The notes under the pieces were generated by a model, which worked only from the letters and a program-made list of their open reading frames with translations, did not search any database and was not told where the DNA came from. Shown here piece by piece: positions 41,054 through 51,055 of a DNA stretch of 64,000 nt (positions within the stretch are counted from its first letter, which is position 1; each line of letters opens with the position of its first letter). Origin of the DNA: an uncultured Gammaproteobacteria bacterium (lineage in GTDB: Bacteria > Patescibacteriota > Patescibacteriia > Magasanikbacterales > UBA922); contig CAZFKS010000007.1 in the NCBI GenBank assembly GCA_964519725.1, forward strand, positions 1,221 to 65,220, written 5' to 3'. The position numbers and the translations under genes are program-made.

Positions 41054-42928
41054 TTAGTCTCGGATGTCTACGGCGGCACCGGCATCATCAGCTTTTTTCA
41101 CTGCCCCGCCCATGAGTGCAGTGAATTCTTCTTGTTCTACTGTTTCTTTTTCGAGAAGTGTTTTTACCAAAGCATCGAGCTGAGTGCGGTGTACAGTCAA
41201 CACTTCCAGCGCGCGCTCTTTGGCCTCTTCTAACACCTGGCTAATTTCTGAATCAATTAATTCCGCAGTTTTTTCACTGTAATTTTTCTTGCTGTGAATT
41301 TCTTCAGCCAAGAAAATTAAACCTTCATTATCACCATACTGTCGCGGACCAAGCTTCTCACTCATACCATATTGCATAATCATGGCGGTTACAGTTTGAG
41401 TGGCTTTTTTCAAATCGCTTGATGGACCAGTAGTCAAATGATCATTGCCATAAATCATGCGTTCCGCTACATAACCACCCAGCATCATGGCAATATCATC
41501 TTTGAACTTGGCCAGAGTCCGGTAGTGCACATCACTAACTGGCATGCTGAGCGTGTAACCACCAGCCATGCCCCGACCAATAATTGATACTTTACGCACT
41601 GGGTCAGTATGTTCTAAAAAGTGTCCGACCAAAGCGTGCCCACCTTCGTGGTAGGCGGTCATTTCCTTGTCTTTTTTAGTCATGACGCGAGAGCGTTTTT
41701 CTGGTCCCAAGAGAACTTTTTCAATGGTTTTTAAAATATCAATTTCAGCAATTTCTTTGCGGTTATCCCGTACTACGGCGATCGCGGCTTCATTCAAAAG
41801 ATTATCTAGGTCAGCCCCAGAAAAACCTGGCGTACGTTCCGCCACTTTGCGGAGTGACACTCCCGCCGCAATTGGTTTATTGACCGCGTGAACTTTCAAA
41901 ATTTCTTCACGATCATTAATGTCTGGCATGTCAATCACCACTCGGCGGTCAAAGCGACCCGGTCGGAGTAAGGCTGGGTCCAAAACATCAGGACGATTAG
42001 TGGCCGCCATAATAATCACACCCAGGTTTGGCTCAAACCCATCCATTTCAACCAAGATTTGGTTAAGAGTTTGTTCGCGTTCATCATGTGAACCACCGAG
42101 ACCAGCCCCGCGCTTGCGACCAACGGCATCAATTTCATCAATAAATACAATCGCTGGCGCAGCTTTTTGCGCTTTTTGAAATAGATCACGTACACGACTA
42201 GCACCAACCCCTACAAACATTTCCACAAATTCTGAACCACTCATGTGGAAAAATGGTACATTAGCTTCACCCGCCACTGCTTTAGCGAGCAAGGTTTTAC
42301 CTGTACCTGGCGAACCCATCAAGAGTACGCCCTTTGGAATTTTTGCGCCCACGGCCGCAAACTTTTGTGGGTCACGTAAAAAATCCACGATTTCCGTTAA
42401 TTCAGCTTTGGCTTCTTTGGCCCCAGCTACGTCTTTGAAAGTTTTTTTATTTTTATCATCTGGTTTGGCTTCACGCGCACTACTTTGACCAAACATCATG
42501 GCTTTATTATTGGCACCCTGCACTTGTCGACTCATAAAATACACGAGCACGACCAGCAAAATAAACGGCAACAAATATGGCACAATTACTGCGGCCCAAT
42601 ATTTAAAACCAGTCTGATCTTTAACTTGAATTTCAACTTTCTGAAGTTTACCTTGATCAACCCCCAAATTACTCATCAGTTCAGAAAAAGATTGTGACGC
42701 TTCTTTTTTGACTGATAATTTTTTCGCGTTTGCATCTTTTAATTCTACGGAAATAATATCACCCGCCACCTCTACTTTTTTCACTTGTTCATTATTAATT
42801 TCAGTAACCAAACGATTCACCCCAACCACTTCTGGTTTTTCACTAACCAGGTTGGTAAAGCTAAGGGTAGCGGCAATTACAAAGAGCGCAACGACAATAA
42901 TGGCAAAATTTTTGAGTAAATTTTTCAT
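41054..42928 (-). CDS. ftsH: ATP-dependent zinc metalloprotease FtsH.
   Basis: [28 protein letters not shown] (Walker A), the SRH, and HEGGHAL (the HEXXH zinc site). Confidence 0.97.
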   Translation of the reverse strand: MKNLLKNFAIIVVALFVIAATLSFTNLVSEKPEVVGVNRLVTEINNEQVKKVEVAGDIISVELKDANAKKLSVKKEASQSFSELMSNLGVDQGKLQKVEIQVKDQTGFKYWAAVIVPYLLPFILLVVLVYFMSRQVQGANNKAMMFGQSSAREAKPDDKNKKTFKDVAGAKEAKAELTEIVDFLRDPQKFAAVGAKIPKGVLLMGSPGTGKTLLAKAVAGEANVPFFHMSGSEFVEMFVGVGASRVRDLFQKAQKAAPAIVFIDEIDAVGRKRGAGLGGSHDEREQTLNQILVEMDGFEPNLGVIIMAATNRPDVLDPALLRPGRFDRRVVIDMPDINDREEILKVHAVNKPIAAGVSLRKVAERTPGFSGADLDNLLNEAAIAVVRDNRKEIAEIDILKTIEKVLLGPEKRSRVMTKKDKEMTAYHEGGHALVGHFLEHTDPVRKVSIIGRGMAGGYTLSMPVSDVHYRTLAKFKDDIAMMLGGYVAERMIYGNDHLTTGPSSDLKKATQTVTAMIMQYGMSEKLGPRQYGDNEGLIFLAEEIHSKKNYSEKTAELIDSEISQVLEEAKERALEVLTVHRTQLDALVKTLLEKETVEQEEFTALMGGAVKKADDAGAAVDIRD

Positions 42929-42931
42929 AAT

Positions 42932-42970
42932 AAAAAATAGCGTATAGTTATAGTACTATACGCTATTTTG
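42932..42970 (-). terminator. Intrinsic terminator after rpsA.
   Basis: AAAAAATAGCGTATAG-ttatagta-CTATACGCTATTTTG. Confidence 0.55.
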
Positions 42971-42985
42971 CTAGTAAAATCAAGC

Positions 42986-44155
42986 TTAAGCTGCGGCTTC
43001 GTCTGAGGTTTCGGTTTCTTCTTTAGCTTCCTTACCTTCAGGTTTTTTGCGGGTCCGCTTGGCCCCGGCCACGCCTTCGAGTTTAAGACCAAGACGGTGT
43101 TCTGATGGTTCCATTGAAATAATCTCAAATTTCTTCATTTCACCCAGTGGGAATGATTCGAGAAATTTCTTTGGGTCAGACACTGGTTTGTCTGAAAGGT
43201 CAGAAATGTGAGCCAAACCATGGATTTGGTCATCAAGTTTTACCATGAGACCAAATGGTTCAGCTTTGTGTACTTCACCTTCAACCACTTGACCAACTTT
43301 ATAGCGGTCTTTAACTGACTTCCATGGGTCATCAATCAAGCGCTTCAGTGACAAGTAGATTTTTGACTTGTTAAGATCAATAATTTGGGCCTTAACCTCA
43401 TCGCCAACTTTGAGCACGTCTTTAGGGTGATCAATCCGTTGCCACACAATTTCGGAAATATGGATCAAACCTTCCAAAGCATCACCAAATTTCATGAACG
43501 CACCAAATGGTGTGAGGGCACTAATTGTACCAGACACAGAGTCACCAACTTTGTATGAGTCGAGAATTGATTTTTGTTCACTTTCCCACAAAGTTTTTTC
43601 TGACAAAATCAATTTGTCTTCACCTGGGCTAAGATCAAATACTTGGACTTTTAATTCTTGACCAATAAATTGGCGGAGGTGATCCAAAATTCGATTCTTA
43701 TCACCGCCTGGGACGCGTGGGTAGTGGTCAGGATTAAGTTGTGATACTGGCAAGAAACCAGACACGCCTTCCACTGAGAGCATCAAACCACCTTTGTTTG
43801 CAGACACAACTTTAGCAGTGGTTGTTGCCCCACTCTTTTTAAGTTCAGCCATGTTATCCCAGACTTTCTGGTGACCAGCAATCCGGAATGAAAGTTCAAT
43901 TTCACCGTTTTCATTTTCACCACCAACAACCGTAGCTTCAACTTCATCGCCAACTTTAACATCAGCGAATTGTTTTGATTCACTAAATAATTCATCGCCG
44001 CGTACCACACCAACCATGAGGCCATTAAGGTCGATTCTGATTTCACCGCGGTCAATTGAGATAACTTTACCTTTAACCAATTCATCCATGGCTGGAACTT
44101 TGCCAAAGTAATCTTTAAGCAAATCGCCAAAGGCTGATTTTTTTTCTTCTGCCAT
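42986..44155 (-). CDS. rpsA: 30S ribosomal protein S1, short 4-domain form (389 aa).
   Basis: MAEEKKSAFGDLLKDYFGKVPAMDELVKGKVISIDRGEIRIDL… and repeated S1 motifs. The 5' UTR has a hairpin UUCCCC-aguu-GGGGAA and no strong SD, as is typical for rpsA. Confidence 0.9.
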   Translation of the reverse strand: MAEEKKSAFGDLLKDYFGKVPAMDELVKGKVISIDRGEIRIDLNGLMVGVVRGDELFSESKQFADVKVGDEVEATVVGGENENGEIELSFRIAGHQKVWDNMAELKKSGATTTAKVVSANKGGLMLSVEGVSGFLPVSQLNPDHYPRVPGGDKNRILDHLRQFIGQELKVQVFDLSPGEDKLILSEKTLWESEQKSILDSYKVGDSVSGTISALTPFGAFMKFGDALEGLIHISEIVWQRIDHPKDVLKVGDEVKAQIIDLNKSKIYLSLKRLIDDPWKSVKDRYKVGQVVEGEVHKAEPFGLMVKLDDQIHGLAHISDLSDKPVSDPKKFLESFPLGEMKKFEIISMEPSEHRLGLKLEGVAGAKRTRKKPEGKEAKEETETSDEAAA

Positions 44156-44331
44156 ATTTTCTTGTTTTAACCTAGCCTGAGCTAAGTTTCCCCAGTTGGG
44201 GAAAAATTAATAAAGTGGGCTTAATATAGCAGAAATTTTTTGATTTGGCAAGAGGGTTAACCACAGCGGTTTTCCTTGTCTAAACCCCAGTGACCTGATA
44301 AAATGGGGCTACTACTAAATTAATACCAAAT

Positions 44332-44952
44332 ATGCATATTTCCTGGCTCGGAGGCACAGCCATTAAGCTGGTAGCTAAGCCGTTTGATGAAGAAGTGGTG
44401 GTCGTAATTGACCCTTATAAGCCAGAATCTGGCTCTGCCCCACGCAGTGTGACCCCAGCCGTGGCGATTTTGACCCAAGGCCCAGAAAAAGAAGCCATTA
44501 CCCTCTCAGGTGAGCCATTTATCCTCTCTACCCCAGGCGAATGTGACATTAAAGGGGTGTTAATTACCGCCGTAACTGGCAGTGAACCAGGCAGTACTAT
44601 GGTCCGACTAGATGCTGAAGGGCTTAGTTTAGCCCATTTAGGCCGGGCCACTAAGTCTTTAAACCAAAAGCAACGCGAGGTTTTATCTGATGTTGATGTT
44701 TTATTTGTTCCTGTAGGCGGGGTTGATGGGTATGATGCTGAAGCAGCCATGAAGGCGGTGAATGACCTGGAGCCACGGATTGTGATCCCAATTGCCTTCC
44801 AAAGTGATAATGACCCAAAAGCCGCACCTTACACCACTTTTTGCAAGGCCATGGGCACGGTTTTAAAAGGTGAACCAGAAACCAAAGTGATTATTAAGAA
44901 AAAAGATTTGCCGACCGAAGATACCAGTGTCATTGTTCTAGCCAAGGAATAA
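44332..44952 (+). CDS. Hypothetical protein, possibly a degenerate metallo-beta-lactamase-fold (UPF0173-like) protein.
   Basis: MHISWLGGTAIKLV… resembles the MKITWLGHSAF start of MBL-fold hydrolases but lacks the HxHxDH motif. Confidence 0.35.
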   Translation: MHISWLGGTAIKLVAKPFDEEVVVVIDPYKPESGSAPRSVTPAVAILTQGPEKEAITLSGEPFILSTPGECDIKGVLITAVTGSEPGSTMVRLDAEGLSLAHLGRATKSLNQKQREVLSDVDVLFVPVGGVDGYDAEAAMKAVNDLEPRIVIPIAFQSDNDPKAAPYTTFCKAMGTVLKGEPETKVIIKKKDLPTEDTSVIVLAKE

Positions 44953-44967
44953 GTTTTTTGCCTGTCT

Positions 44968-45498
44968 ATGCCCAAAAAACGCCACCGCGAGTCACCGTTT
45001 AATCCAGAACTCGTGGCCGCAATTACCAAAGAATTGCCGGCGTTTTTGGCTAAAGAGGGATATTTGAAAGAGTCAACTGAAGAAAAAGTTGCTGAGGCAC
45101 CAGTCGTGCGCGAGGTTGAAACTGTTCGTGCCCCAGAATCAAGTCGAACTTTGGCCCCACTTGTTCACTCGCCAGTTCCCCGGGGCAATACCAAAATGAT
45201 GTGGTATGCTGTGGGAATTTTCGCCGTCGCAATTGTGGCCATTTGGGGCTTTAATTTAAAATCAATTATCACGAATGTTTGGAGTGAACGCGATGGTCAG
45301 GAATTAATTACTCAAGGCCAGGACGATTTTAAATCCATTCTTGAAACTATTAAGGAAAATGATAAGATAGCCAAGGAAAAAGTAGCCGCTTCGCAAGCAG
45401 CCACCGCCGCGGCCATGACCACTACTACCAGAGCTTCAACTGATTCAGCCGCCCTGGACGCCTTGGTTGAAGCTATCAAAGCCAAGCAAAATAATTAA
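44968..45498 (+). CDS. Hypothetical single-TM protein.
   Basis: TM MMWYAVGIFAVAIVAIWGF. Otherwise charged. Confidence 0.4.
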   Translation: MPKKRHRESPFNPELVAAITKELPAFLAKEGYLKESTEEKVAEAPVVREVETVRAPESSRTLAPLVHSPVPRGNTKMMWYAVGIFAVAIVAIWGFNLKSIITNVWSERDGQELITQGQDDFKSILETIKENDKIAKEKVAASQAATAAAMTTTTRASTDSAALDALVEAIKAKQNN

Positions 45499-45500
45499 TT

Positions 45501-48017
45501 ATGAAAAAAATTGAACAAGAAAAATTAATTCCCGAAACGATTGGACGAGTCGAACCAATTAATTTGGTTGATGAAATGCGCACTTCGTATTTGGATTACG
45601 CCATGAGTGTAATTGTGTCGCGCGCGTTGCCTGATGTGCGCGATGGTTTAAAGCCAGTCCACCGCCGTATTTTGTACGCCATGTGGAATATCGGTCTTAA
45701 ACACACTTCAAAATTCCGCAAATCTGCGCACGTGGTTGGTGAAGTAATGGCTAAATACCATCCTCACGGTGACAGTGCAATTTATGATTCGCTCGTCCGC
45801 ATGGCGCAAGATTTTAACATGCGTCACCAATTGGTATACGGGCAAGGAAACTTTGGTTCCATGGATGGTGATAGTGCTGCGGCCATGCGTTATACCGAAG
45901 CTAAACTCTACGCCATTGCCGAAGAATTACTTTTGGATATTGAAAAAAACACGGTTGATTTTTCGCCTACTTACGATGGTTCACACAAAGAACCACGCGT
46001 CCTACCAAGTAAATTACCAAACTTACTGTTGAATGGCAGCATGGGGATTGCGGTTGGTATGGCCACCAATATTCCACCGCACAATTTGGGTGAACTTTGT
46101 GATGCGATTGATTTCTTAATTGAAAATCCAAAGTGTACTGTCGAAGATTTAATGCAATTTGTCCCTGGCCCAGATTTTCCAACTGGCGGGATTATTTATA
46201 ATAAACAAGACATTGCCGCGGCATACGCTACTGGCCGTGGTGGCGTGGTGATTCGCGCTAAAACTGAAATTCAAGAAGGTAAAAATGATCAGTACAAAAT
46301 TGTGGTGACTGAAGTTCCTTACCAAGTTAACAAAGCCGCTCTCCTTGAAAAAATTGCTGAGCTCGTGCAGGAAAAGAAAATTGAAGGTATTAAAGATTTA
46401 CGCGACGAGTCCAATAAAGAAGGTGTGCGTATTGTAATTGAACTAAAACGTGATTCATATCCAAAGAAAGTGTTGAACCGGCTTTTCCAGATGACTGATT
46501 TGCAAACTACGTTCCACCTCAACATGCTCGCCTTGGTGGACGGAATTGAACCACGGGTTTTGAACCTCAAGACAATTTTGGAAGAGTACATTAAGCACCG
46601 CCAAGTAGTGATCCGCCGGCGCACTGAATTTGATTTAAATAAAGCCGAAGAGCGTGCTCACATTTTAGAAGGTTTGAAAAAGGCCCTGGATAAAATTGAT
46701 TTAATTATCAATACCATTCGCGCGTCCAAAGATAAAGACGAAGCCAAAGCCAATTTGATGAAAAAATTTGATTTTTCTGAACGTCAAACTGTGGCGATTT
46801 TGGAAATGCGCCTGCAACAATTAGCTAACCTTGAACGTAAAAAGATTGAAGATGAATTAGCCGAAAAAATGGCACTTATCAAAGAATTACAAAGTATTTT
46901 GGCCAGTGAGAAAAAAGTTTTGGCCATTGTGAAAGCTGATGTAGCAGGCATTAAAAAAGATCACGCCAACGAACGCCGCACGCAAATTGTGGCTCATGGC
47001 GTGAAAGAATTTAGTATTGAAGACTTGGTACCAAATGAGCCAACTATTATCATGGCCACCAAAGACGGTTATATCAAGCGCATGCCAGTGGATACGTTCC
47101 GCACCCAGAGTCGCGGTGGCAAGGGCGTGATTGGTCTCACTACCAAAGAAGAAGACGTGATTGAGCACTTAATTTCCACCAACACGCACGACAACATGCT
47201 TTTCTTCACCAACCGTGGCCGCGTATTCCAACTCCGCGCTTACGATATTCCGGTCGCGTCACGCACTGCCAAAGGTCAAGCACTCGTGAACTTCTTGCAA
47301 CTGGCGCCAAATGAAAATGTGTCTTCAATTTTGTCCATGGCTGACATGAGTAAGTACAAATACTTAGTCATGGTCACTAACAAAGGTACAATCAAAAAAT
47401 CAAGCTTGGATGATTTCAAAAATGTGCGCCGCTCTGGTTTGATTGCCCTTAAATTGCATCTTGACGACATGCTCGAATGGGTTCGCCCATCCGGTGGTAG
47501 TGATGACATTGTGATTGCCACGGCCCAGGGCCAAGCCATTCGCTTCAAAGAAGCTGATATCCGCGCCATGGGCCGCACCGCTGCTGGTGTACGTGGTATG
47601 CGTCTAAAATCTAGTGATGCCGTGATTGGTATGGATGTAGTGTCACCTGATTTGGTGAAGAAAAAAGTTTTGGAACTTTTGGTAATTTCTGAAAATGGTT
47701 TAGGCAAGCGCACCGAAATTAGTGAGTATAAAGTGCAAGGCCGCGGTGGTTCTGGGATTAAGACCATGAATGTCACTGACAAAACCGGTAAATTGATCAA
47801 TGCCCGCATTATCAACAATGCCGAGGACCAAGATTTACTCCTCATTTCCATGAAAGGCCAAGTGGTTCGTACTCCGCTCAAAACCATTTCTTCACTCGGC
47901 CGCGCCACTCAAGGCGTGCGTGTGATGCGTTTCAAAGCTGAGGGTGATAAAGTGGTGAACATTACCCTACTTGAAAGCGGCGCTGAATTAGAGGGTGAAG
48001 CTGAAGAAGAAGTTTAA
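45501..48017 (+). CDS. gyrA: DNA gyrase subunit A.
   Basis: …LPDVRDGLKPVHRRILYAMW…, the active-site region …AAAMRYTEAKL…, the C-terminal beta-pinwheel repeats, and an acidic tail. Confidence 0.97.
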   Translation: MKKIEQEKLIPETIGRVEPINLVDEMRTSYLDYAMSVIVSRALPDVRDGLKPVHRRILYAMWNIGLKHTSKFRKSAHVVGEVMAKYHPHGDSAIYDSLVRMAQDFNMRHQLVYGQGNFGSMDGDSAAAMRYTEAKLYAIAEELLLDIEKNTVDFSPTYDGSHKEPRVLPSKLPNLLLNGSMGIAVGMATNIPPHNLGELCDAIDFLIENPKCTVEDLMQFVPGPDFPTGGIIYNKQDIAAAYATGRGGVVIRAKTEIQEGKNDQYKIVVTEVPYQVNKAALLEKIAELVQEKKIEGIKDLRDESNKEGVRIVIELKRDSYPKKVLNRLFQMTDLQTTFHLNMLALVDGIEPRVLNLKTILEEYIKHRQVVIRRRTEFDLNKAEERAHILEGLKKALDKIDLIINTIRASKDKDEAKANLMKKFDFSERQTVAILEMRLQQLANLERKKIEDELAEKMALIKELQSILASEKKVLAIVKADVAGIKKDHANERRTQIVAHGVKEFSIEDLVPNEPTIIMATKDGYIKRMPVDTFRTQSRGGKGVIGLTTKEEDVIEHLISTNTHDNMLFFTNRGRVFQLRAYDIPVASRTAKGQALVNFLQLAPNENVSSILSMADMSKYKYLVMVTNKGTIKKSSLDDFKNVRRSGLIALKLHLDDMLEWVRPSGGSDDIVIATAQGQAIRFKEADIRAMGRTAAGVRGMRLKSSDAVIGMDVVSPDLVKKKVLELLVISENGLGKRTEISEYKVQGRGGSGIKTMNVTDKTGKLINARIINNAEDQDLLLISMKGQVVRTPLKTISSLGRATQGVRVMRFKAEGDKVVNITLLESGAELEGEAEEEV

Positions 48018-48025
48018 AGCTAAAA

Positions 48026-48057
48026 ATAAAAAGCCCCGTCACAACGGGGCTTTTTTA
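48026..48057. terminator. Bidirectional terminator between the convergent gyrA and ruvA.
   Basis: AAAAAGCCCCGT-caca-ACGGGGCTTTTTTAA. Confidence 0.65.
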
Positions 48058-48058
48058 A

Positions 48059-48640
48059 TTAACGACTAAGTAGTTTCAAAGCTTCACGGAGTAGACCTTC
48101 ACTATTTTTTCCAGCCGGATCCAAACTTTGCACTGCGTCCCGCGCTTCGGCTTGCGAATAACCCATGGCCACTAAACCCTCAATTACCTCAGCCAGCGGG
48201 CCAGATGGTGAGCCAGCAATGGTTTCACTTGAGCCACGCACGGTAAATTTATTTTTTAATTCTACCACCAACCGCTCAGCGGTTTTTTTACCCAGCCCCT
48301 GCACACCAGTTAAATACGCAATATCCCCACGCGCGATCGCTCCCTGCAGTTGATCTACCGCCCCAGCATTCAAAATATTCAGCGCACTTTTTGGGCCAAT
48401 TCCCGAAACCGTTAACAGCAATTTAAAAAAGTCCCGGGCCGCAGTGGTTCTAAAACCAAATAATTCCTGCGCACTATCCGAGACTTTTAAATAGGTAAAT
48501 AATTTCACTGACGTGCCAATCGCAAGTTCACCAGCTTCGGCCGCAGTTAAATTTACTTCATACCCAACCCCACCAGACGTTTCTAGTAAAATGCCCGTTG
48601 CCAATTTTTCTAGGATCACGCCCGAGAGGTAGCCAATCAT
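48059..48640 (-). CDS. ruvA: Holliday junction branch-migration complex subunit RuvA.
   Basis: MIGYLSGVILEKLATGILLETSGGVGYEVNL…, plus HhH motifs. Confidence 0.9.
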   Translation of the reverse strand: MIGYLSGVILEKLATGILLETSGGVGYEVNLTAAEAGELAIGTSVKLFTYLKVSDSAQELFGFRTTAARDFFKLLLTVSGIGPKSALNILNAGAVDQLQGAIARGDIAYLTGVQGLGKKTAERLVVELKNKFTVRGSSETIAGSPSGPLAEVIEGLVAMGYSQAEARDAVQSLDPAGKNSEGLLREALKLLSR

Positions 48641-48641
48641 A

Positions 48642-49643
48642 TTATTTCTTTTTCTTCTTGGCTGGTTTAACTTTTGGCGCTGGTTTACTTTTCTTGACCC
48701 GACTAACCCGAATTAAGCCGCCGCACGGTACAATCTCAATTCCACGTTTTTCGTATTCATCAAGGAGCAGGTTCATGCCCAGCGAGTCAGAGGACATGTG
48801 ACCAGCCATGATAACACTCAGCTGATTTTCGGTGGCCTTAGTGATCACTTCGCGATGCATGTGCATGCCAACTACAGTGCTAATTCCAAACCGAGAAATT
48901 TCTTGGTAAAGCTTGCTGGCTGGGGTGGTGCCGCCAGTCATTTCAAGGAGCATTTTACCTACCCGGTGATTTGGCCGACCAGAAACAATTTTTGGTCCAG
49001 AGCCCATACTTTGGGCATATTGATACTCAGGCAATTCTAACAGTGCTTCAATAATTTCCCCCAGAGTTTGAGGTTTAACCTTTTGCAAATAATCACCCAA
49101 AAATTTGTGCACCAAATTATCGGTAAAAGTATGGGTATTAATAAAGTTAATATCGAGCAAACGAGCAATATCAATGGTCTGATTGTGATTCATGTGATGC
49201 ACGCCCTTTTCTACTTCTGACCAACGTTCTTCAGAAATTTTTTCAGCTAGGTGCACTGGAATCCCACAGGCTTCGTAAATATCTGTGTTCATGCCCATGA
49301 CATCGTGCAAATAGGTAAGTCCTTTGCCTTCTGGGTGGTGAGCAATAACCAGGTCAATTTTTTTGCCACGCTGATTAAGCTCATTAGCTAACAAAATTTC
49401 GCCCGGGTTAATATCAATCCCAGCCAAAATTCGTTTTACTTCAGCCCCATTATCCACGTGAATAAAACTATCCAAGTATGGATTAGTTAGTTTTTCTTTT
49501 TCAAAATATTTTTTAGTAAGGTCAGACAATTTATCGTATTCCTTACGAATATTGGCTAAATACTTTTTTACCGCAGCTTCACCACGAGGATCAGCAGCCA
49601 TGGCCATTTTAATACCGACTTCAAAAATTTGTTTGATATTCAT
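48642..49643 (-). CDS. Nif3-family dinuclear metal-centre protein (YqfO/YbgI-like) with a Lys-rich tail.
   Basis: …IDLVIAHHPEG… and …VIMAGHMSSDSLGMN… match the conserved His clusters of NIF3. The C-terminus is KKSKPAPKVKPAKKKKK. Confidence 0.75.
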   Translation of the reverse strand: MNIKQIFEVGIKMAMAADPRGEAAVKKYLANIRKEYDKLSDLTKKYFEKEKLTNPYLDSFIHVDNGAEVKRILAGIDINPGEILLANELNQRGKKIDLVIAHHPEGKGLTYLHDVMGMNTDIYEACGIPVHLAEKISEERWSEVEKGVHHMNHNQTIDIARLLDINFINTHTFTDNLVHKFLGDYLQKVKPQTLGEIIEALLELPEYQYAQSMGSGPKIVSGRPNHRVGKMLLEMTGGTTPASKLYQEISRFGISTVVGMHMHREVITKATENQLSVIMAGHMSSDSLGMNLLLDEYEKRGIEIVPCGGLIRVSRVKKSKPAPKVKPAKKKKK

Positions 49644-49670
49644 ATGCTCGTTAATTACGCTGTAAATTGA

Positions 49671-51053
49671 CTAGGCTTTTGGTAAGATTTTTTTCAAGTG
49701 ATTTAATTCACTGGTAAAAATCTTAAGAATTTTTTTATCGTATTTAGCTGGTAAATTTAACCACGGACGAATGCTGGTAAAATGCTTGTAAAAAGTGCTC
49801 CACGGTGGCATTTTACTCATCTTTTCTTTACGAAACCGTTCCACATACTTTGAAGTATTACCTTTTTTAGCCAAAGCGTAGAAGCAGAAATCTAATTCAT
49901 AGGATGATCCAGATTTGTGATCTTTACCAAAGTAATTTTCAAATAAACCAGGTTCATTTAACAAATCTTTTTTATATCCAATGGTGGCTGGATCCAGCCC
50001 AACTACCCGGGCAAACAAATACATCCGGGCACACTTGTAACACTTATGGCACCACTGTGAATCCTTTAATAACGGGGCTTCGGCAGTACAAGAAAATTGA
50101 TATTGACCAAATTTTGGATAACGTAAGTGAAGAAGATCAAAAATATTTAATTGATCAATTGGTTCTAAGCTAGCTTTCACTTCACATTGTCCATGAGTGA
50201 GCAAGCGAATCATGGCATCCTGCTCCAAAGTGTAGAAACTGGTTTGGTCATAACAGATATACACTTTCCAGCCATTGTTTAAGTGAGATTCATTACTTAG
50301 ATATTCACTCCCAAAGAAAATATAATCAGCGTTGTAGGCGTAAACAAAAGGTAAAACCTGCAACGCAATTAAGGTTGTTTGTGAACCCCAGCCCACTTCT
50401 GTACCACGTTTTTTACTAAACGCAGCGTCATATCTAAATAAACCTGGGCCATTTTTTACAAAGTAAGTATCAACTTTAAATTTTTTGCCAAATTCTTCAA
50501 GTTTTTTACGCTTGTAAGTTTCCTCATAAGCCATTGATGGCTCCTGCGAATAAACCAAAATTGGTTTAATTCCTAATTCCAAACACATGGCCACAGTGGT
50601 CAAACTTTCTTTACCAAATGAAAATGGAACTACGGCAATTGGTTGTTTCTTTTTGATTTTTGATTTAGGGAATTCTTTGGGAAAAGCTGGTGTCCCTGGT
50701 TTAAAATCAAATTCCAAATTATAAAATTGTTTCAAATAAGACAGGAGCGGTGCATCATCCCACTCTTCAGACTTGGTCATGTCCATCATTTGGTTTCTAA
50801 ACAGAAAACTCTCTACCAATGGAAATTGAGTGTTGTATTTAATTCGATCATAACCAAGGGTCAATGGCAAAAAGTGAGTATCCCCAAACGTTAAGTTGTC
50901 TAACAGCATTTGTTTAGCCTCAGCCGGTACTTTTTTCCAAATTTCAATGGGGTATTCAACCAAAAAATCACGGTTTTTAACCGTAATTGCAATTCCATTC
51001 TTAGTCAGCCGACCATTGACTGAAAGAACTTTTTCCGCACTGGCTTTTGGCAT
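49671..51053 (-). CDS. Adenine-nucleotide alpha-hydrolase (PP-loop) superfamily protein, PAPS-reductase/CysH-like.
   Basis: A central PP-loop-like motif PIAVVPFSFGKESLTTVA (compare SGGxDS, or the SFG variant in E. coli CysH). C-terminal Cys cluster …CHKCYKCARM…. A roughly 140-aa N-terminal extension of unknown fold. No database search was possible. Confidence 0.45.
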   Translation of the reverse strand: MPKASAEKVLSVNGRLTKNGIAITVKNRDFLVEYPIEIWKKVPAEAKQMLLDNLTFGDTHFLPLTLGYDRIKYNTQFPLVESFLFRNQMMDMTKSEEWDDAPLLSYLKQFYNLEFDFKPGTPAFPKEFPKSKIKKKQPIAVVPFSFGKESLTTVAMCLELGIKPILVYSQEPSMAYEETYKRKKLEEFGKKFKVDTYFVKNGPGLFRYDAAFSKKRGTEVGWGSQTTLIALQVLPFVYAYNADYIFFGSEYLSNESHLNNGWKVYICYDQTSFYTLEQDAMIRLLTHGQCEVKASLEPIDQLNIFDLLHLRYPKFGQYQFSCTAEAPLLKDSQWCHKCYKCARMYLFARVVGLDPATIGYKKDLLNEPGLFENYFGKDHKSGSSYELDFCFYALAKKGNTSKYVERFRKEKMSKMPPWSTFYKHFTSIRPWLNLPAKYDKKILKIFTSELNHLKKILPKA

Positions 51054-51055
51054 AC